53,950 nt of DNA from Armatimonadota bacterium. Its GTDB lineage: Bacteria; Armatimonadota; UBA5829; DTLH01. The notes under the pieces are model-generated. The model did no database searches, was not told where the DNA came from, and saw only the letters and a program-made list of their open reading frames with translations. Shown here piece by piece: positions 19,671-29,703 of the stretch (position 1 is the first letter of the stretch; the number at the start of each line of letters is the position of its first letter). The position numbers and the translations under genes are program-made. Location of the stretch: contig JBDKSP010000047.1 in NCBI GenBank assembly GCA_039680575.1, positions 1-53,950 of the forward strand. The letters run 5' to 3'.

Positions 19671-20315
19671 CTAAAACCCTAAACCGGTGAACAACCTGAA
19701 TATTATGATCGCCGGCTTTACAAGTATCATACTTAATATATCGATATGCATTGCTGGGGCGATTATGACAAGTCCCAGTAGAATCATAAACCCATACCGC
19801 ATCATAAACATATCGTATCTCCGGGCTTTTTCCACCGGAAGGAGCGACGACATAATGTGTGAACCATCCAGCGGTGAAATCGGAATCAGGTTAAAGAGCG
19901 CCAGCATAATGTTAATAATCACGAAGTAACCGATTATGGACCTGTCGATTCCGGAGAGGCTTGCATTAAAGAACCTGAATGCCTGGGCGAATATAAACGC
20001 CAGAATCAGGTTGGAAAGCGGTCCCCATAGGGATACCTTAAGGTTGTCCCATCGGGGATGCCGGAATTTGGCGGGGTTCACAGGCACAGGCTTTGCCCAG
20101 CCTATCCCGAAGCCGGAAAGTGATGACATTATCATCATCACGGTTCCTATTGGGTCCAGATGGTCCAGAGGGTTGATCGATATCCGTCCGGCCAGCCGCG
20201 CGGTGTCGTCTCCGGCGGACTCTGCGGCTTTGGCGTGCGCCATCTCATGCACTGTCAGTGAGACGATCAGCACAAGCATACTTATAAGAAATAACTGGAG
20301 ATTGAAATCCCCCAA
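19671..20315 (-). CDS. Site-2 protease family (M50)
   Basis: HEMAH, GWAKPVPVN, NLIPISPLDG. Confidence 0.93.
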   Translation of the reverse strand: MGDFNLQLFLISMLVLIVSLTVHEMAHAKAAESAGDDTARLAGRISINPLDHLDPIGTVMMIMSSLSGFGIGWAKPVPVNPAKFRHPRWDNLKVSLWGPLSNLILAFIFAQAFRFFNASLSGIDRSIIGYFVIINIMLALFNLIPISPLDGSHIMSSLLPVEKARRYDMFMMRYGFMILLGLVIIAPAMHIDILSMILVKPAIIIFRLFTGLGF

Positions 20316-21659
20316 CTAACTCCTCATTTCTACGCCCGCCGCAAGCCTGTCTGGGATCTCGTCATGACTTACGAGGTCTTCGTGGGTCTCCCGGCGGATT
20401 ATGACATCGGCCTTACCGCCTGAAACCAGTACTGCGGCAGGCCGGGGCAGTCTATTATAGTTCGATGCCATCGAATAATTATAAGCCCCTGTCGAATATA
20501 CGGCTACAATGTCCCCGGTTGCAGGATTTGCGATTTTGGCGTCCTTTATAAGCGTATCGGTCTCGCAGTGCTTGCCTGCAAGTGTTACGACAGCGTCAGC
20601 CGGAGCTTCAGCGCGGTTTACAATGATCGCTTCATACTTCGCGTCATAAAGCGACGGCCTGGGGTTGTCCGAAAGCCCTCCGTCTACCGACACATAAGCC
20701 CTTGATCCCGGCGCTTCTTTGGTTTGGACATTTTTGATCGTCCCAATCTTGTAAAGAGTCGTTCCGGCCTCACCGATTATCGAGCGACCCGGTTCCACCA
20801 TCAATCTTGGCGCGTCCAGCTTGTATCTGGCAAGCTCGCGCTTCACGACAGTGATCAACGCGTCTGCGAAATCCTCTATGGAAGGCGGATTGTGCTCCGA
20901 TATGTAACGGATTCCAAGCCCGCCGCCGAGGTTTAAAATTTCTGTCTTATAACCGATCTCCTCAGCCTCCGCCATAAACCGCACCATAATCCTTGCGGCC
21001 TGTGTATGGGCCGTGTTATCGAGCAGTTGTGAACCGACGTGGCAGTGGAGGCCTATCAGGTCGATATTCGTGCATTCGAGAGCTTTTTTGACGGCCAGCA
21101 TCGCCGATCCGTCCTTGATGTTGAACCCGAACTTGGTATCGGATTGTCCCGTTCGGATCAGCTTGTGAGTGTGCGGGTCGATGCTTGGCGTGAGCCTGAG
21201 CATAATCCCGGCGCGTTTTTTGGACGCTCTTGCCAGCTCATCCAGCTTGGCAAGCTCGAGGAAGTTATCGACTACGACGCACCCGACTCCAAGATCGATG
21301 GACATCTGCAGCTCATCGATTGATTTGTTGTTTCCGTGGAACAGTATTTTCTTAAGGGGGTATCCGGCCGTTTGGGCAGTATAAATCTCTCCGCCGGATG
21401 CTACATCCAGATACAGCCCTTCCTGGTCGACGATCTTGCACATAGCCGCGGTCATGAACGACTTTCCGGCAAAGGCTATATCAGCATTACCGTAGCCGTT
21501 TTTGAACGCATTGACATAACGCCGGCTGTTTTTGCGGATAAGATCCTCATCCATCACGTAAAGCGGAGTGCCGAATGTTTCGGCCAGCTCGACAGTATCG
21601 CACCCGCCAATATCCAGGTGCCCTGCACTGTTGATTTTTTGTGTTCCAAGGAGCATCAT
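20316..21659 (-). CDS. lysA: Diaminopimelate decarboxylase
   Basis: GTPLYV, KFG, HCHVGSQ, EPGRS, CETD, GAYNYSMASNYN; GGGAGGG RBS favours ATG 21659. Confidence 0.96.
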   Translation of the reverse strand: MMLLGTQKINSAGHLDIGGCDTVELAETFGTPLYVMDEDLIRKNSRRYVNAFKNGYGNADIAFAGKSFMTAAMCKIVDQEGLYLDVASGGEIYTAQTAGYPLKKILFHGNNKSIDELQMSIDLGVGCVVVDNFLELAKLDELARASKKRAGIMLRLTPSIDPHTHKLIRTGQSDTKFGFNIKDGSAMLAVKKALECTNIDLIGLHCHVGSQLLDNTAHTQAARIMVRFMAEAEEIGYKTEILNLGGGLGIRYISEHNPPSIEDFADALITVVKRELARYKLDAPRLMVEPGRSIIGEAGTTLYKIGTIKNVQTKEAPGSRAYVSVDGGLSDNPRPSLYDAKYEAIIVNRAEAPADAVVTLAGKHCETDTLIKDAKIANPATGDIVAVYSTGAYNYSMASNYNRLPRPAAVLVSGGKADVIIRRETHEDLVSHDEIPDRLAAGVEMRS

Positions 21660-21736
21660 TTGCTCGAAATATCCCTCCCAAAAAGTCCCTGATAACAAAC
21701 GAACCAGCCATAAAATAATCTAGCCGGTTCGTAAAA

Positions 21737-21765
21737 AGTTTATCATACTGAGCTTGGGAAGTCAA
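21737..21765 (-). promoter_or_regulatory. Sigma70-type promoter of lysA operon
   Basis: TTGACT-N17-TAAACT with extended -10 TG. Confidence 0.65.
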
Positions 21766-21885
21766 ATATGAGAAAAAGTTTCAGAGTGCATCCATTATTC
21801 GAGGTAAACAAGCTCTATGCGGCGGGAACGACTGCTTTCATGAAGTTGACAACTTTGTACAGCCAAGAGTTCCCACAGTATCATG

Positions 21886-21961
21886 ATTATCACAACGTCA
21901 TGCTGAGCTTGACTCAGCATCCAGGAAGAAAATGGACCCTGAATCAAGTTCAGGGTGACGT
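21886..21961 (+). repeat. REP family B doublet (GTCATGCTGAGCTTGACTCAGCATC / GACCCTGAATCAAGTTCAGGGTGAC)
   Basis: 76 nt identical to 48421-48496; interrupted inverted copy at 50748-50911. Confidence 0.92.
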
Positions 21962-22215
21962 GCTGGTTATTCAGGTTGATGTACAATCTCTCATTAAGAG
22001 TGAACTCTTACTCAAATTGCCACTAGCAGCTCAGGCGTTTTGTCATTTATACGCGAACAATCGGGCTTCAAGTTCCAACTTAGTTTAATTTATACCATGC
22101 AGTTATAGGGTATATGAAATTGCAGTCAGAATGATTATGTTAGGATTATTACGAATAGGAGATGTATAGAAATCCAAACACTGGTTTTGTGCGATGTAGA
22201 TGGGGTGATGATAAA

Positions 22216-23367
22216 ATGAGCAGCATTACACTAACCGAACTGCTAGATGTGGTAGGAAAGCTAGATGATTCGCCCGGAGAGAATTCTGCTCGAGAACGCT
22301 TCAGAAGACGTATAAAAAGTAAACTCATTGATACTGGGCAGGTGCGCGATTATGTTGAGGAATGCTTAAGAGTGTCTGGAGAGCAATATAGTAGGGCGCT
22401 GCAGGATCTAGTTAATCACATTGGATGCTTTTTAGGATTTGATGTGATCTTTGGTCGCTATCAAGGAGTGAAAGGCGAGATAGGGTTTGATGGTTATTGG
22501 AGCTCGCCAACAGGGTTTCATATCGTTATCGAGGTGAAAACGACAGAGGTTTATAGCATAAGATCAACAACATTGATCGGATACATTGATCAACTCATTT
22601 CTGACGAGAAAATATCTGGCTGGGATAATGCCCTTGGATTATATGTGATAGGTAAACCGTATCCTGATATTCGACAACTTGAGCACATGATAGTAGCGGA
22701 GAAGAGAATTAATCAGCTTCGTATCATATCAGTAGAGTCATTGCTGACTCTGGCTGAAATGGTGAATCAGTATGATGTGACTCACGAAAGTATACTAGCT
22801 ATCCTGAAGCCATCTAGCCCTATGATTGATCACATTGTGAGCTTGATGGCAAGACTTACTGCTCAGAGCAAGGCGGTTGTTGTGATTGAAGAACCGATTA
22901 TCCCTGGGCAACAGGGAGAACCTGACATTGTAAAAACGAACACAGAAACATCTGAATCTTATTGGCTGACCTCAGTTACATCTGATGAAAATGAAACTGC
23001 TGAGGATTGCATACAAACGATAGTCGGACAAGATGGTATCTACGCTATCGGTGAAAGGACCCCCGGAAGGAAGCGGATAAAGTCGGGTGACTATATTTGT
23101 TTCTATGCTACTGGAAAGGGTGTTGTAGCGCATGCCAGGGTAAAATCGCCACCTGAACGTAGAACGCACCCTCATGTCGATCTTCCTTGGGTATTCAACC
23201 TTGAGCAAGCAAAGTTATATTTGCAGGAACCGGTAGTATTGGATTCAGAAAAAAGGTCCAGTCTTGATGCGTTTCAAGGTAAAGATCCACGGAAACCATG
23301 GGCGTGGTTTGTGCAGGCGACGAGGCAAATAACTAAACATGACTTTGAATCATTGATTCGGACATGA
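22216..23367 (+). CDS. PD-(D/E)xK nuclease fused to C-terminal EVE/PUA-like domain (candidate type IV restriction enzyme)
   Basis: GFDGYW..HIVIEVKT nuclease motif; YWL..IKSGDYICFYATGKGVVAHARV EVE-like; start may be 22162. Confidence 0.7.
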   Translation: MSSITLTELLDVVGKLDDSPGENSARERFRRRIKSKLIDTGQVRDYVEECLRVSGEQYSRALQDLVNHIGCFLGFDVIFGRYQGVKGEIGFDGYWSSPTGFHIVIEVKTTEVYSIRSTTLIGYIDQLISDEKISGWDNALGLYVIGKPYPDIRQLEHMIVAEKRINQLRIISVESLLTLAEMVNQYDVTHESILAILKPSSPMIDHIVSLMARLTAQSKAVVVIEEPIIPGQQGEPDIVKTNTETSESYWLTSVTSDENETAEDCIQTIVGQDGIYAIGERTPGRKRIKSGDYICFYATGKGVVAHARVKSPPERRTHPHVDLPWVFNLEQAKLYLQEPVVLDSEKRSSLDAFQGKDPRKPWAWFVQATRQITKHDFESLIRT

Positions 23368-23461
23368 ATAGCAAATCTTCTCTCAAGTGGTTACTTCTTT
23401 ATCCAGCATCTTGTATAATAATAGACCAGTTGAATGAAATATATACAGGTGCAGGAGCAAA

Positions 23462-23656
23462 ATGGCAGTACCGCGAAGAGACGAAATAAGGCCGGGGCTT
23501 TCGGTTTGTATAGTCGAGAAGCAGAACCAACCCACAGGTAAGCTGACGGAAGGCACGGTCTCGCGTATCCTTACCAAAAGTCCGTCGCATCCTCATGGGA
23601 TCAAGGTGATGCTGACGGACGGCAAGGTCGGGCGCGTCCAGTCGATAATCTCATGA
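23462..23656 (+). CDS. YwbE family protein
   Basis: TGKLTEG.V.RILTKS..HPHGIKV.L.DG.VGRV. Confidence 0.9.
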   Translation: MAVPRRDEIRPGLSVCIVEKQNQPTGKLTEGTVSRILTKSPSHPHGIKVMLTDGKVGRVQSIIS

Positions 23657-23664
23657 GTCTTTCA

Positions 23665-23907
23665 TCAATTGTCCTGGCCGAGTACCTCGCTCGTATCGCT
23701 CCGGTGGGCGGTTTCACCTTTGATGAAGTTCTTTGCAGCGGGTGATGTTATCGCTGATGACTTCTCAAGCGTCTGGATCCGCTCGGTCTGTGTCTGAGAG
23801 TTCGCCGGTGAGGCCGTCTGCGTATGGTTGAGCTTCACAATCGCCAACCCGAGGAATACCCCGACAGTAAGCAGCAGCACCAGATAAATGGCATATTTCA
23901 TATTCAT
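23665..23907 (-). CDS. Small single-pass membrane/secreted protein
   Basis: GGAAAGGG RBS before ATG 23907, N-terminal hydrophobic helix. Confidence 0.6.
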   Translation of the reverse strand: MNMKYAIYLVLLLTVGVFLGLAIVKLNHTQTASPANSQTQTERIQTLEKSSAITSPAAKNFIKGETAHRSDTSEVLGQDN

Positions 23908-24127
23908 TGTTCGGTCATCCCTTTCCAGCATTGCCCACAAAGGTCTTATTCCATATTCTGTTAATTGCTCGAAATTGCGAGTGTATATTGAATATGCTGG
24001 TTCCTGACAATGAAGCAGAAGGAAGATTCGTGGCAAATGTAGAACAACTTTATATAGATTTTCAGCGTTGTATCCCTAATACTGAGTGCCGCAGGCACAC
24101 CAATTACATCTTTGGAGGTGTACCAAA

Positions 24128-25945
24128 ATGATATGTCCGCAGTGTGGTAAGGAGTTTGCCGATGACACACTTCGCTGCCCCCATTGTGGGGCGGGCGCCA
24201 AGCCAGTCGATGCAGGTGAACCGGAAAAGGCTCTTTCCGAGTGCAGTACCGATGCTGCAGGCTCAAGTGAGCCATGCTGCTGTTCCGCCGCCGGCGAAAA
24301 GGCAGTATGTAAGAAACGCCGTCCCGGAAATCGACTGAAGATAGCCATTGCGCTGCTCCTGATCCTCGCCGGTGTCGTCGCAGTCGGTTATTTCAAGTTT
24401 AGCCGCAGTCCGGAACTGGAGGAGATGATACCGGGAAGCTGTCCGATGTTCGTATCGAGTGACGCATCCTGGTGGTGGGAAGCGGCTGAAGATGTCAGAG
24501 TGCTCCCGGAAGTACAGAACGGTCTAAAGGAGATTGAGAAGGAATTCGGGCTGACATTCGAGAAAGACTTGACCCCATGGATGGGACAGATGGCTTTTGC
24601 CGTTATCGAAGCAAAGCAGACTAATCCCAGGTTCGCTGTAATCGCTGAAATCCGGGATAATGAAGCTTTCAAAAGATGCCTCGATAAACTGAGTGCCCGC
24701 GCGGAACGCGACACAGGCATGAAGTGGAAGAAAGTAGAATACGAAGGCGTCAAAATGCGCCAGCTGGACATTTCGGGCCGGGTCTCACCTGTGACTGTTG
24801 CAATAATAAGAGGATATGCCGTATGTGGAATCGGACCCGATTCCGTGCAGGCAGTAGTCGATGCGTGGAAGGGACGCAAGCCCTCGATCAAGAACGATCC
24901 TGTTTGGGCGCGCGCGTTTAATGCACTGCCGGAAGATGCTGTCGTCCGTGTTGCATACAATACCGAGGCTGTTATGAAAAATGTCTCCGAAGCTGACCCC
25001 ACGGGGTCGATTCGGATTCCGGAGTCTGCCAAGAGTCTGATAGTCTGTGCGTTTACCGAAGGTGACGGGTCGCTCAGGATGGATACTGTTTCCGTTGCGA
25101 AGAGCGAGGAAGCGAAAAAGGCGCTCCGCGAGGCTAAAGACAAGATGGGCGGTATCGACGGCCGGTCTGTAAAACAATTGCCAGACGGCACTTTTGCCGT
25201 AATGGTGACATCCAACCCTGGATATATGGTGGATAATCTGCGAAAAGGCCTGCTTGATATGGTCAATAACCCGCAAGTACGGATGATGATAGAGAAGAAC
25301 CTTGCGCAGGTGCAGCCGGTCTTCGATGCTCTCCATCGCTGCACCGGCGAATGCGCCGCGGCTTTCACTTATCGCAACGGCGACGGTTTCGGCGCGGTCG
25401 TAGTAAGCGAGACGAAGGATAAAGTAAGCTCCAAAGCATCAGTCAAAGACCTGACATCATTTATCGCTGGTAATGGTGTGAAAATATCGCAGAACGCGGG
25501 GCTGGCGACATTTACGGATGCAAAAGTCGATAAGACAAACGTCCATGTGCTGCCTTGCCTGGGAGTCAGAGACAAGTGGCTGGTGTTCGGCACTCATCCA
25601 ACCTGGATTACGAGCACTGTCAAGACCGACCTCAAGCTGCCTTCTAATATTAAGGATGTTCAGTTCGCCGGTGCGGGTAATTTCAAGTTCATCCCATCCG
25701 TTATCAAGTGGGCGGAGCAAGAAGCAAAGGGTGATATTTCCAGTAATAAGGTTATAGGTTTCATTCGTCAGCTAAAGCTGGAAAATGCAACCTGGACAGC
25801 CTGGGCGAAAATCGATCCAGAGCAGGGCATAGGCCAGAGCGTGATGGTTCTGCAAGGATGGGACTGGCGGCAGGGGCTCAAGTCCGCGATGAGCTTCATC
25901 CAGAAAGATCAGAAAAAGGGAATCGGAGGCAGTGTTATTAATTAA
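24128..25945 (+). CDS. Zinc-ribbon + TM + DUF3352-like periplasmic protein
   Basis: CPQCG..CPHCG, TM helix, GLTFEKDLTPWMGQ.AFA pattern; GGAGGTG RBS. Confidence 0.75.
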   Translation: MICPQCGKEFADDTLRCPHCGAGAKPVDAGEPEKALSECSTDAAGSSEPCCCSAAGEKAVCKKRRPGNRLKIAIALLLILAGVVAVGYFKFSRSPELEEMIPGSCPMFVSSDASWWWEAAEDVRVLPEVQNGLKEIEKEFGLTFEKDLTPWMGQMAFAVIEAKQTNPRFAVIAEIRDNEAFKRCLDKLSARAERDTGMKWKKVEYEGVKMRQLDISGRVSPVTVAIIRGYAVCGIGPDSVQAVVDAWKGRKPSIKNDPVWARAFNALPEDAVVRVAYNTEAVMKNVSEADPTGSIRIPESAKSLIVCAFTEGDGSLRMDTVSVAKSEEAKKALREAKDKMGGIDGRSVKQLPDGTFAVMVTSNPGYMVDNLRKGLLDMVNNPQVRMMIEKNLAQVQPVFDALHRCTGECAAAFTYRNGDGFGAVVVSETKDKVSSKASVKDLTSFIAGNGVKISQNAGLATFTDAKVDKTNVHVLPCLGVRDKWLVFGTHPTWITSTVKTDLKLPSNIKDVQFAGAGNFKFIPSVIKWAEQEAKGDISSNKVIGFIRQLKLENATWTAWAKIDPEQGIGQSVMVLQGWDWRQGLKSAMSFIQKDQKKGIGGSVIN

Positions 25946-25956
25946 TCTCTGAATTG

Positions 25957-25989
25957 AAAAGGGCCGGGGAACACTCTTCCGGCCCTTGC
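25957..25989. terminator. Terminator hairpin between convergent genes
   Basis: AAAAGGGCCGG..CCGGCCCTT. Confidence 0.65.
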
Positions 25990-26082
25990 GTTTGCGCTTC
26001 TCCACCAATCCCCTTTTACGTATTTCGTGCTTCTTCGCGTCCTTTGCGATTCACTGGACTGATAGCTAAGAAACACCCAAAC

Positions 26083-26766
26083 CTACGTCCCCTGGTGGCT
26101 CTTGGCTATCTGCTGGAACTCGCCGGTTTCCATGTAGACTATTCTTTCGGCTACATTCGTTACATGATCGGCAATCCGCTCCAGGTAGCGGCTGATAAGC
26201 ACAAAGTGGACAGCTTGTCTGATCAGAGAGGGGTCTTTTCTCATGAAATCCATCAGTTCATCGAGCAGCCTGCGGTTTATGTGATCGACGGCATCATCAT
26301 CCTCACAGACCTTCAGCGCTTTGTCGATGCTGCGCTCCACAAATGCCTGCAGCGCGTCTCTCACCATCTTCTTGGTCAGTTCCGCCATCTTCGGAAGATC
26401 GACCAGCGGCTTGAAGTAGGTCTCGTCAGCAAGCAACTTTGCGGCGCGAGCTATATCGACTGAGTAATCACCGATTCTCTCGAGGTCTGTTATGATCTTG
26501 AGAGCGGTGCTTATTATCCTCAGGTCCTTCGACATCGGCTGCTGCAGCGCGAGAAGCCGTATGCAGGCAACTTCAATATCAAAGTCCATCTGGTCGGCGA
26601 CGTCGTCCCGGTGGATGACGTCATCCGCGAGGTTTTTATCCTGTTTGACGAGCGCCTGCATCGCGGAATCGAGCATTCCCTCAACAAAGCTTCCCATCTT
26701 GAGGACCTGCTGTTCCAGATCATTCAGTTGCGCATCGAATGTTTTTCTGATCGTTGTATGGTCCAT
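26083..26766 (-). CDS. phoU: Phosphate signalling protein PhoU
   Basis: QQPMSKDLR, DLERIGD, YLERIADH. Confidence 0.97.
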   Translation of the reverse strand: MDHTTIRKTFDAQLNDLEQQVLKMGSFVEGMLDSAMQALVKQDKNLADDVIHRDDVADQMDFDIEVACIRLLALQQPMSKDLRIISTALKIITDLERIGDYSVDIARAAKLLADETYFKPLVDLPKMAELTKKMVRDALQAFVERSIDKALKVCEDDDAVDHINRRLLDELMDFMRKDPSLIRQAVHFVLISRYLERIADHVTNVAERIVYMETGEFQQIAKSHQGT

Positions 26767-26790
26767 ATATGTAGAACTCGCCTTTCATAA

Positions 26791-27618
26791 TCAGCCGAAG
26801 CGGCCTCTTATATAATCATCAGTGCGTTTATCATAGGGTTTTTCGAATATCTGCGCGGTGTCGTCGATCTCGACAAGCTCGCCTGAGAGGAAGAACCCTG
26901 TCCGCTGCGATACGCGCGATGCCTGGTACATATTGTGTGTGACCAGGACGACCGTGTAACGCTGCTTCAATTCTACCATCAGTTCTTCGATCTTGAACGT
27001 GGATATCGGGTCAAGCGCCGAAGCGGGTTCGTCCATTAATACGACATCAGGCTCGACTGCGAGCACCCGCGCGATGCAAAGCCGCTGCTGCTGTCCGCCG
27101 GACAGGTCGAATGCCGATTTTTTCAGCTTGTCCTTTACTTCGTCCCACAGCGCGGCGGATTTCAACGTGTTTTCTACGATTTCTTCGAGTTTTGACCTGT
27201 CTCGCTGCCCATGCATCCTGGGGCCATAGGCGACGTTGTCAAAAATCGACATTGGGAACGGGTTCGGACGTTGAAATACCATCCCGACCTGCTTCCTAAG
27301 CATCACCACGTCTATATCCGGCTCGTAAATGTCCGTATCGTCGATGAATACCGATCCGACGGTCCTTGCGGAGGGTATCAGGTCGTTCATCCGGTTAAGT
27401 GAACGGAGGAATGTCGATTTTCCACAGCCCGACGGGCCGATAAGCGCGGTTATCTCATTTTCATAGATGTCCACGTTGATGTTTTTAAGCGCTTTGAGAT
27501 CGCCGTAGAAGAGACTCAAATTCCGCGCCTTGATCTTAACACGCTTATTGTCTGGATCGTGCATATTTCTTTCATCAACGGAAGGCATCGACTTTTCCTC
27601 CACATTGGCAAGTGGCAT
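26791..27618 (-). CDS. pstB: Phosphate ABC transporter ATPase
   Basis: [38 protein letters not shown]. Confidence 0.97.
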   Translation of the reverse strand: MPLANVEEKSMPSVDERNMHDPDNKRVKIKARNLSLFYGDLKALKNINVDIYENEITALIGPSGCGKSTFLRSLNRMNDLIPSARTVGSVFIDDTDIYEPDIDVVMLRKQVGMVFQRPNPFPMSIFDNVAYGPRMHGQRDRSKLEEIVENTLKSAALWDEVKDKLKKSAFDLSGGQQQRLCIARVLAVEPDVVLMDEPASALDPISTFKIEELMVELKQRYTVVLVTHNMYQASRVSQRTGFFLSGELVEIDDTAQIFEKPYDKRTDDYIRGRFG

Positions 27619-27663
27619 ACGTATCTCCTTTTTTAGAGCCGTCAGCAGAAATGGATGCCGGAC

Positions 27664-27818
27664 ATACTCTCTCCCTTGACGGGAGAGGGCAGGGTAAGGG
27701 TGAAATATCTCAATGCTGCGGGAATTAAATCTGTGTAAATCAGTAGATTATACAGACCTGCCATTCCCGCAGCATAAATACCCCTCATCCCAACCTTCTC
27801 CCGCAAGGGGAGAAGGGG
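27664..27818. repeat. REP family C pair with family D hairpin nested in the spacer
   Basis: CTCTCTCCCTTGACGGGAGAGGG..CCCCTCATCCCAACCTTCTCCCGCAAGGGGAGAAGG as at 18452-18550; ATGCTGCGGGAAT..ATTCCCGCAGCAT at 27713-27775 as at 53227-53289. Confidence 0.85.
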
Positions 27819-27883
27819 CTAATCACCTTGATTGCGAGATCAAGCAGTCCGAAGCAAGGTTTAACGCCACCAATCCCTACATC

Positions 27884-28762
27884 CTACATCCTCTTCCCCC
27901 TGATCTTTGCTCTCAGCATAATTGCAAGCGCGCTCATTCCGAGAACCAGCGCGAGCAGCACGAGTGCAGTTCCCCACTGCAGCTCCGGCCTCACATCCGC
28001 CTGCGTCGCCAGAGTATAAAGATGATAAGGCAGCGCCATCACCGGGTCATACACATTTCTCGGCAGGTATACCTGGTAGTAGACCGCCGCGGTAAAAAGT
28101 ATCGGGGCAGTCTCGCCGGCGGCTCTTCCTATCGCAAGGATAATACCTGTTAATATACCCGGCCACGAGTTCGGCAGAACTACGTTTCTGACCGTCTGCC
28201 ATTTCGTCGCACCGAGCGCGAGACTCCCTTCTCTCAGGTTCTGCGGAACCCTTCGCAGAGACTCCTCGGCTGCGGTTATGACAAGCGGCAGCACCAGAAG
28301 CGCCAGTGTGAGCGACCCTGCAATGATCGATGTGCCGAAATCGAGCAGCAGCACAAAGACCCCAAGCCCAAAAAGGCCGTAAACTACAGATGGAACGCCC
28401 GCGAGGTTCGTGAGCGACAGCCTGATTATCCTGACAAACCAGCCGCTTCCGGCATACTCGGACAGGTAGACCGCTGCCATCACTCCAAGCGGGACAGCGA
28501 CGACTATAGTCCCGATTACAAGGTAAAACGTCCCGACTATGGCGGGCATGATCCCGCCCTCGGTCATACCGTTTCTCGGCACAGCTGTCAAGAACTCCCA
28601 GCTTATCGCGCTTGCGCCCAGGCTTATCAGAAAATAGAGTATCGCAAGCACCGGGAGGACTATCGCCAGTGTCGAAAGCCCCAGGAGCCAGTAGATTACC
28701 TTCTCTTTTGTGTCTCTTACCTCGGTTTTTCGGACAAGGCTTCTTTCGATAGTAACGCTCAT
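27884..28762 (-). CDS. pstA: Phosphate ABC transporter permease PstA
   Basis: LAGVPSVVYGLFG, GRAAGETAP. Confidence 0.96.
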   Translation of the reverse strand: MSVTIERSLVRKTEVRDTKEKVIYWLLGLSTLAIVLPVLAILYFLISLGASAISWEFLTAVPRNGMTEGGIMPAIVGTFYLVIGTIVVAVPLGVMAAVYLSEYAGSGWFVRIIRLSLTNLAGVPSVVYGLFGLGVFVLLLDFGTSIIAGSLTLALLVLPLVITAAEESLRRVPQNLREGSLALGATKWQTVRNVVLPNSWPGILTGIILAIGRAAGETAPILFTAAVYYQVYLPRNVYDPVMALPYHLYTLATQADVRPELQWGTALVLLALVLGMSALAIMLRAKIRGKRM

Positions 28763-29703
28763 GCCCTCACCCCTCTCCTGAGCGAGATATCGGCGATGAG
28801 ATTAATCACGAAACTTATCAAAAAGAGGAGCGCACCGACCGCAAAAAGCGCAAAATAGTGCTCGCTTCCCTGCGGAGTCTCGCCCATTTCGGCAGCGATA
28901 GTCGCAGTCATTGTCCTGACCGGCTGCAAGAGTGAAAAAGTGGTCTGCGCCGCGTTTCCTGTGACCATCAAAACAGTCATTGTCTCCCCGATTGCTCTTC
29001 CTATGCCCAGCATGACGGCCGCCACTATCCCCGACCTTGCCGCCGGGAGGATTACGCTTACTACTGTCTGCAGGTGTGTCGTCCCCAGTGCAAGCGAGCC
29101 TTCACGGTAGTCTCTTGGGACCGAACGGATTGCGTCATCAGCTATCGAGACGATTGTCGGCATAGACATCCACGCGAGCATTACCGCGCCGGTAAGGGCT
29201 GTAAGCCCGGTCGGAAGGTTGAATATAGTTTTTATCCACGGCGAGACGATCATAAGCCCGATGAACCCGATTACGACTGATGGTATCGCCGCAATAAGCT
29301 CCACTGTGACTTTGAGCCATTCTCTCACGCGGGTGGGCGCAATTTCAGCGATGTAGACCGCCGCCGCAAGCCCTATCGGAACGGCGAGCACAATTGCCCC
29401 GCCGGTGACAAGAAGCGAGCCTACCAGAAGCGGGACAACCCCGAACTGCGGCGGTTCGGCGGTCGGATACCAGTCGCGCCCATTGAGAAAGCCTGTTATG
29501 CTCGTCGTCCTGAAAAGCGGAAGCGAGTCCCGAAGCAGGAACACGAGAATGAGTATGACGAAGAGCACCGATGCTCCGCCGCAGACCGAGATCAATAGCT
29601 CAATCAATGTTTCCTTGGGGCGCTCTCTCAAGCGGCTCAAAAGTGACATAAACCTGCACGTAAAGCCGGATATGCCCGATTTTGCAGGCCCACAGCTTCG
29701 CAT
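28759..29703 (-). CDS. pstC: Phosphate ABC transporter permease PstC
   Basis: ELIAAIPSVV, GRAIGETM; start could be ATG 29649. Confidence 0.95.
   Translation of the reverse strand: MRSCGPAKSGISGFTCRFMSLLSRLRERPKETLIELLISVCGGASVLFVILILVFLLRDSLPLFRTTSITGFLNGRDWYPTAEPPQFGVVPLLVGSLLVTGGAIVLAVPIGLAAAVYIAEIAPTRVREWLKVTVELIAAIPSVVIGFIGLMIVSPWIKTIFNLPTGLTALTGAVMLAWMSMPTIVSIADDAIRSVPRDYREGSLALGTTHLQTVVSVILPAARSGIVAAVMLGIGRAIGETMTVLMVTGNAAQTTFSLLQPVRTMTATIAAEMGETPQGSEHYFALFAVGALLFLISFVINLIADISLRRGVRA

Noticed and set aside
21660..21765. Lysine riboswitch upstream of lysA
   Set aside because: Predicted promoter leaves only ~70 nt of leader; no L-box motifs seen
21768..22088. ORFs sharing HNVMLSLTQHPGRKW with 48387-48596
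   Set aside because: Translation of REP family B
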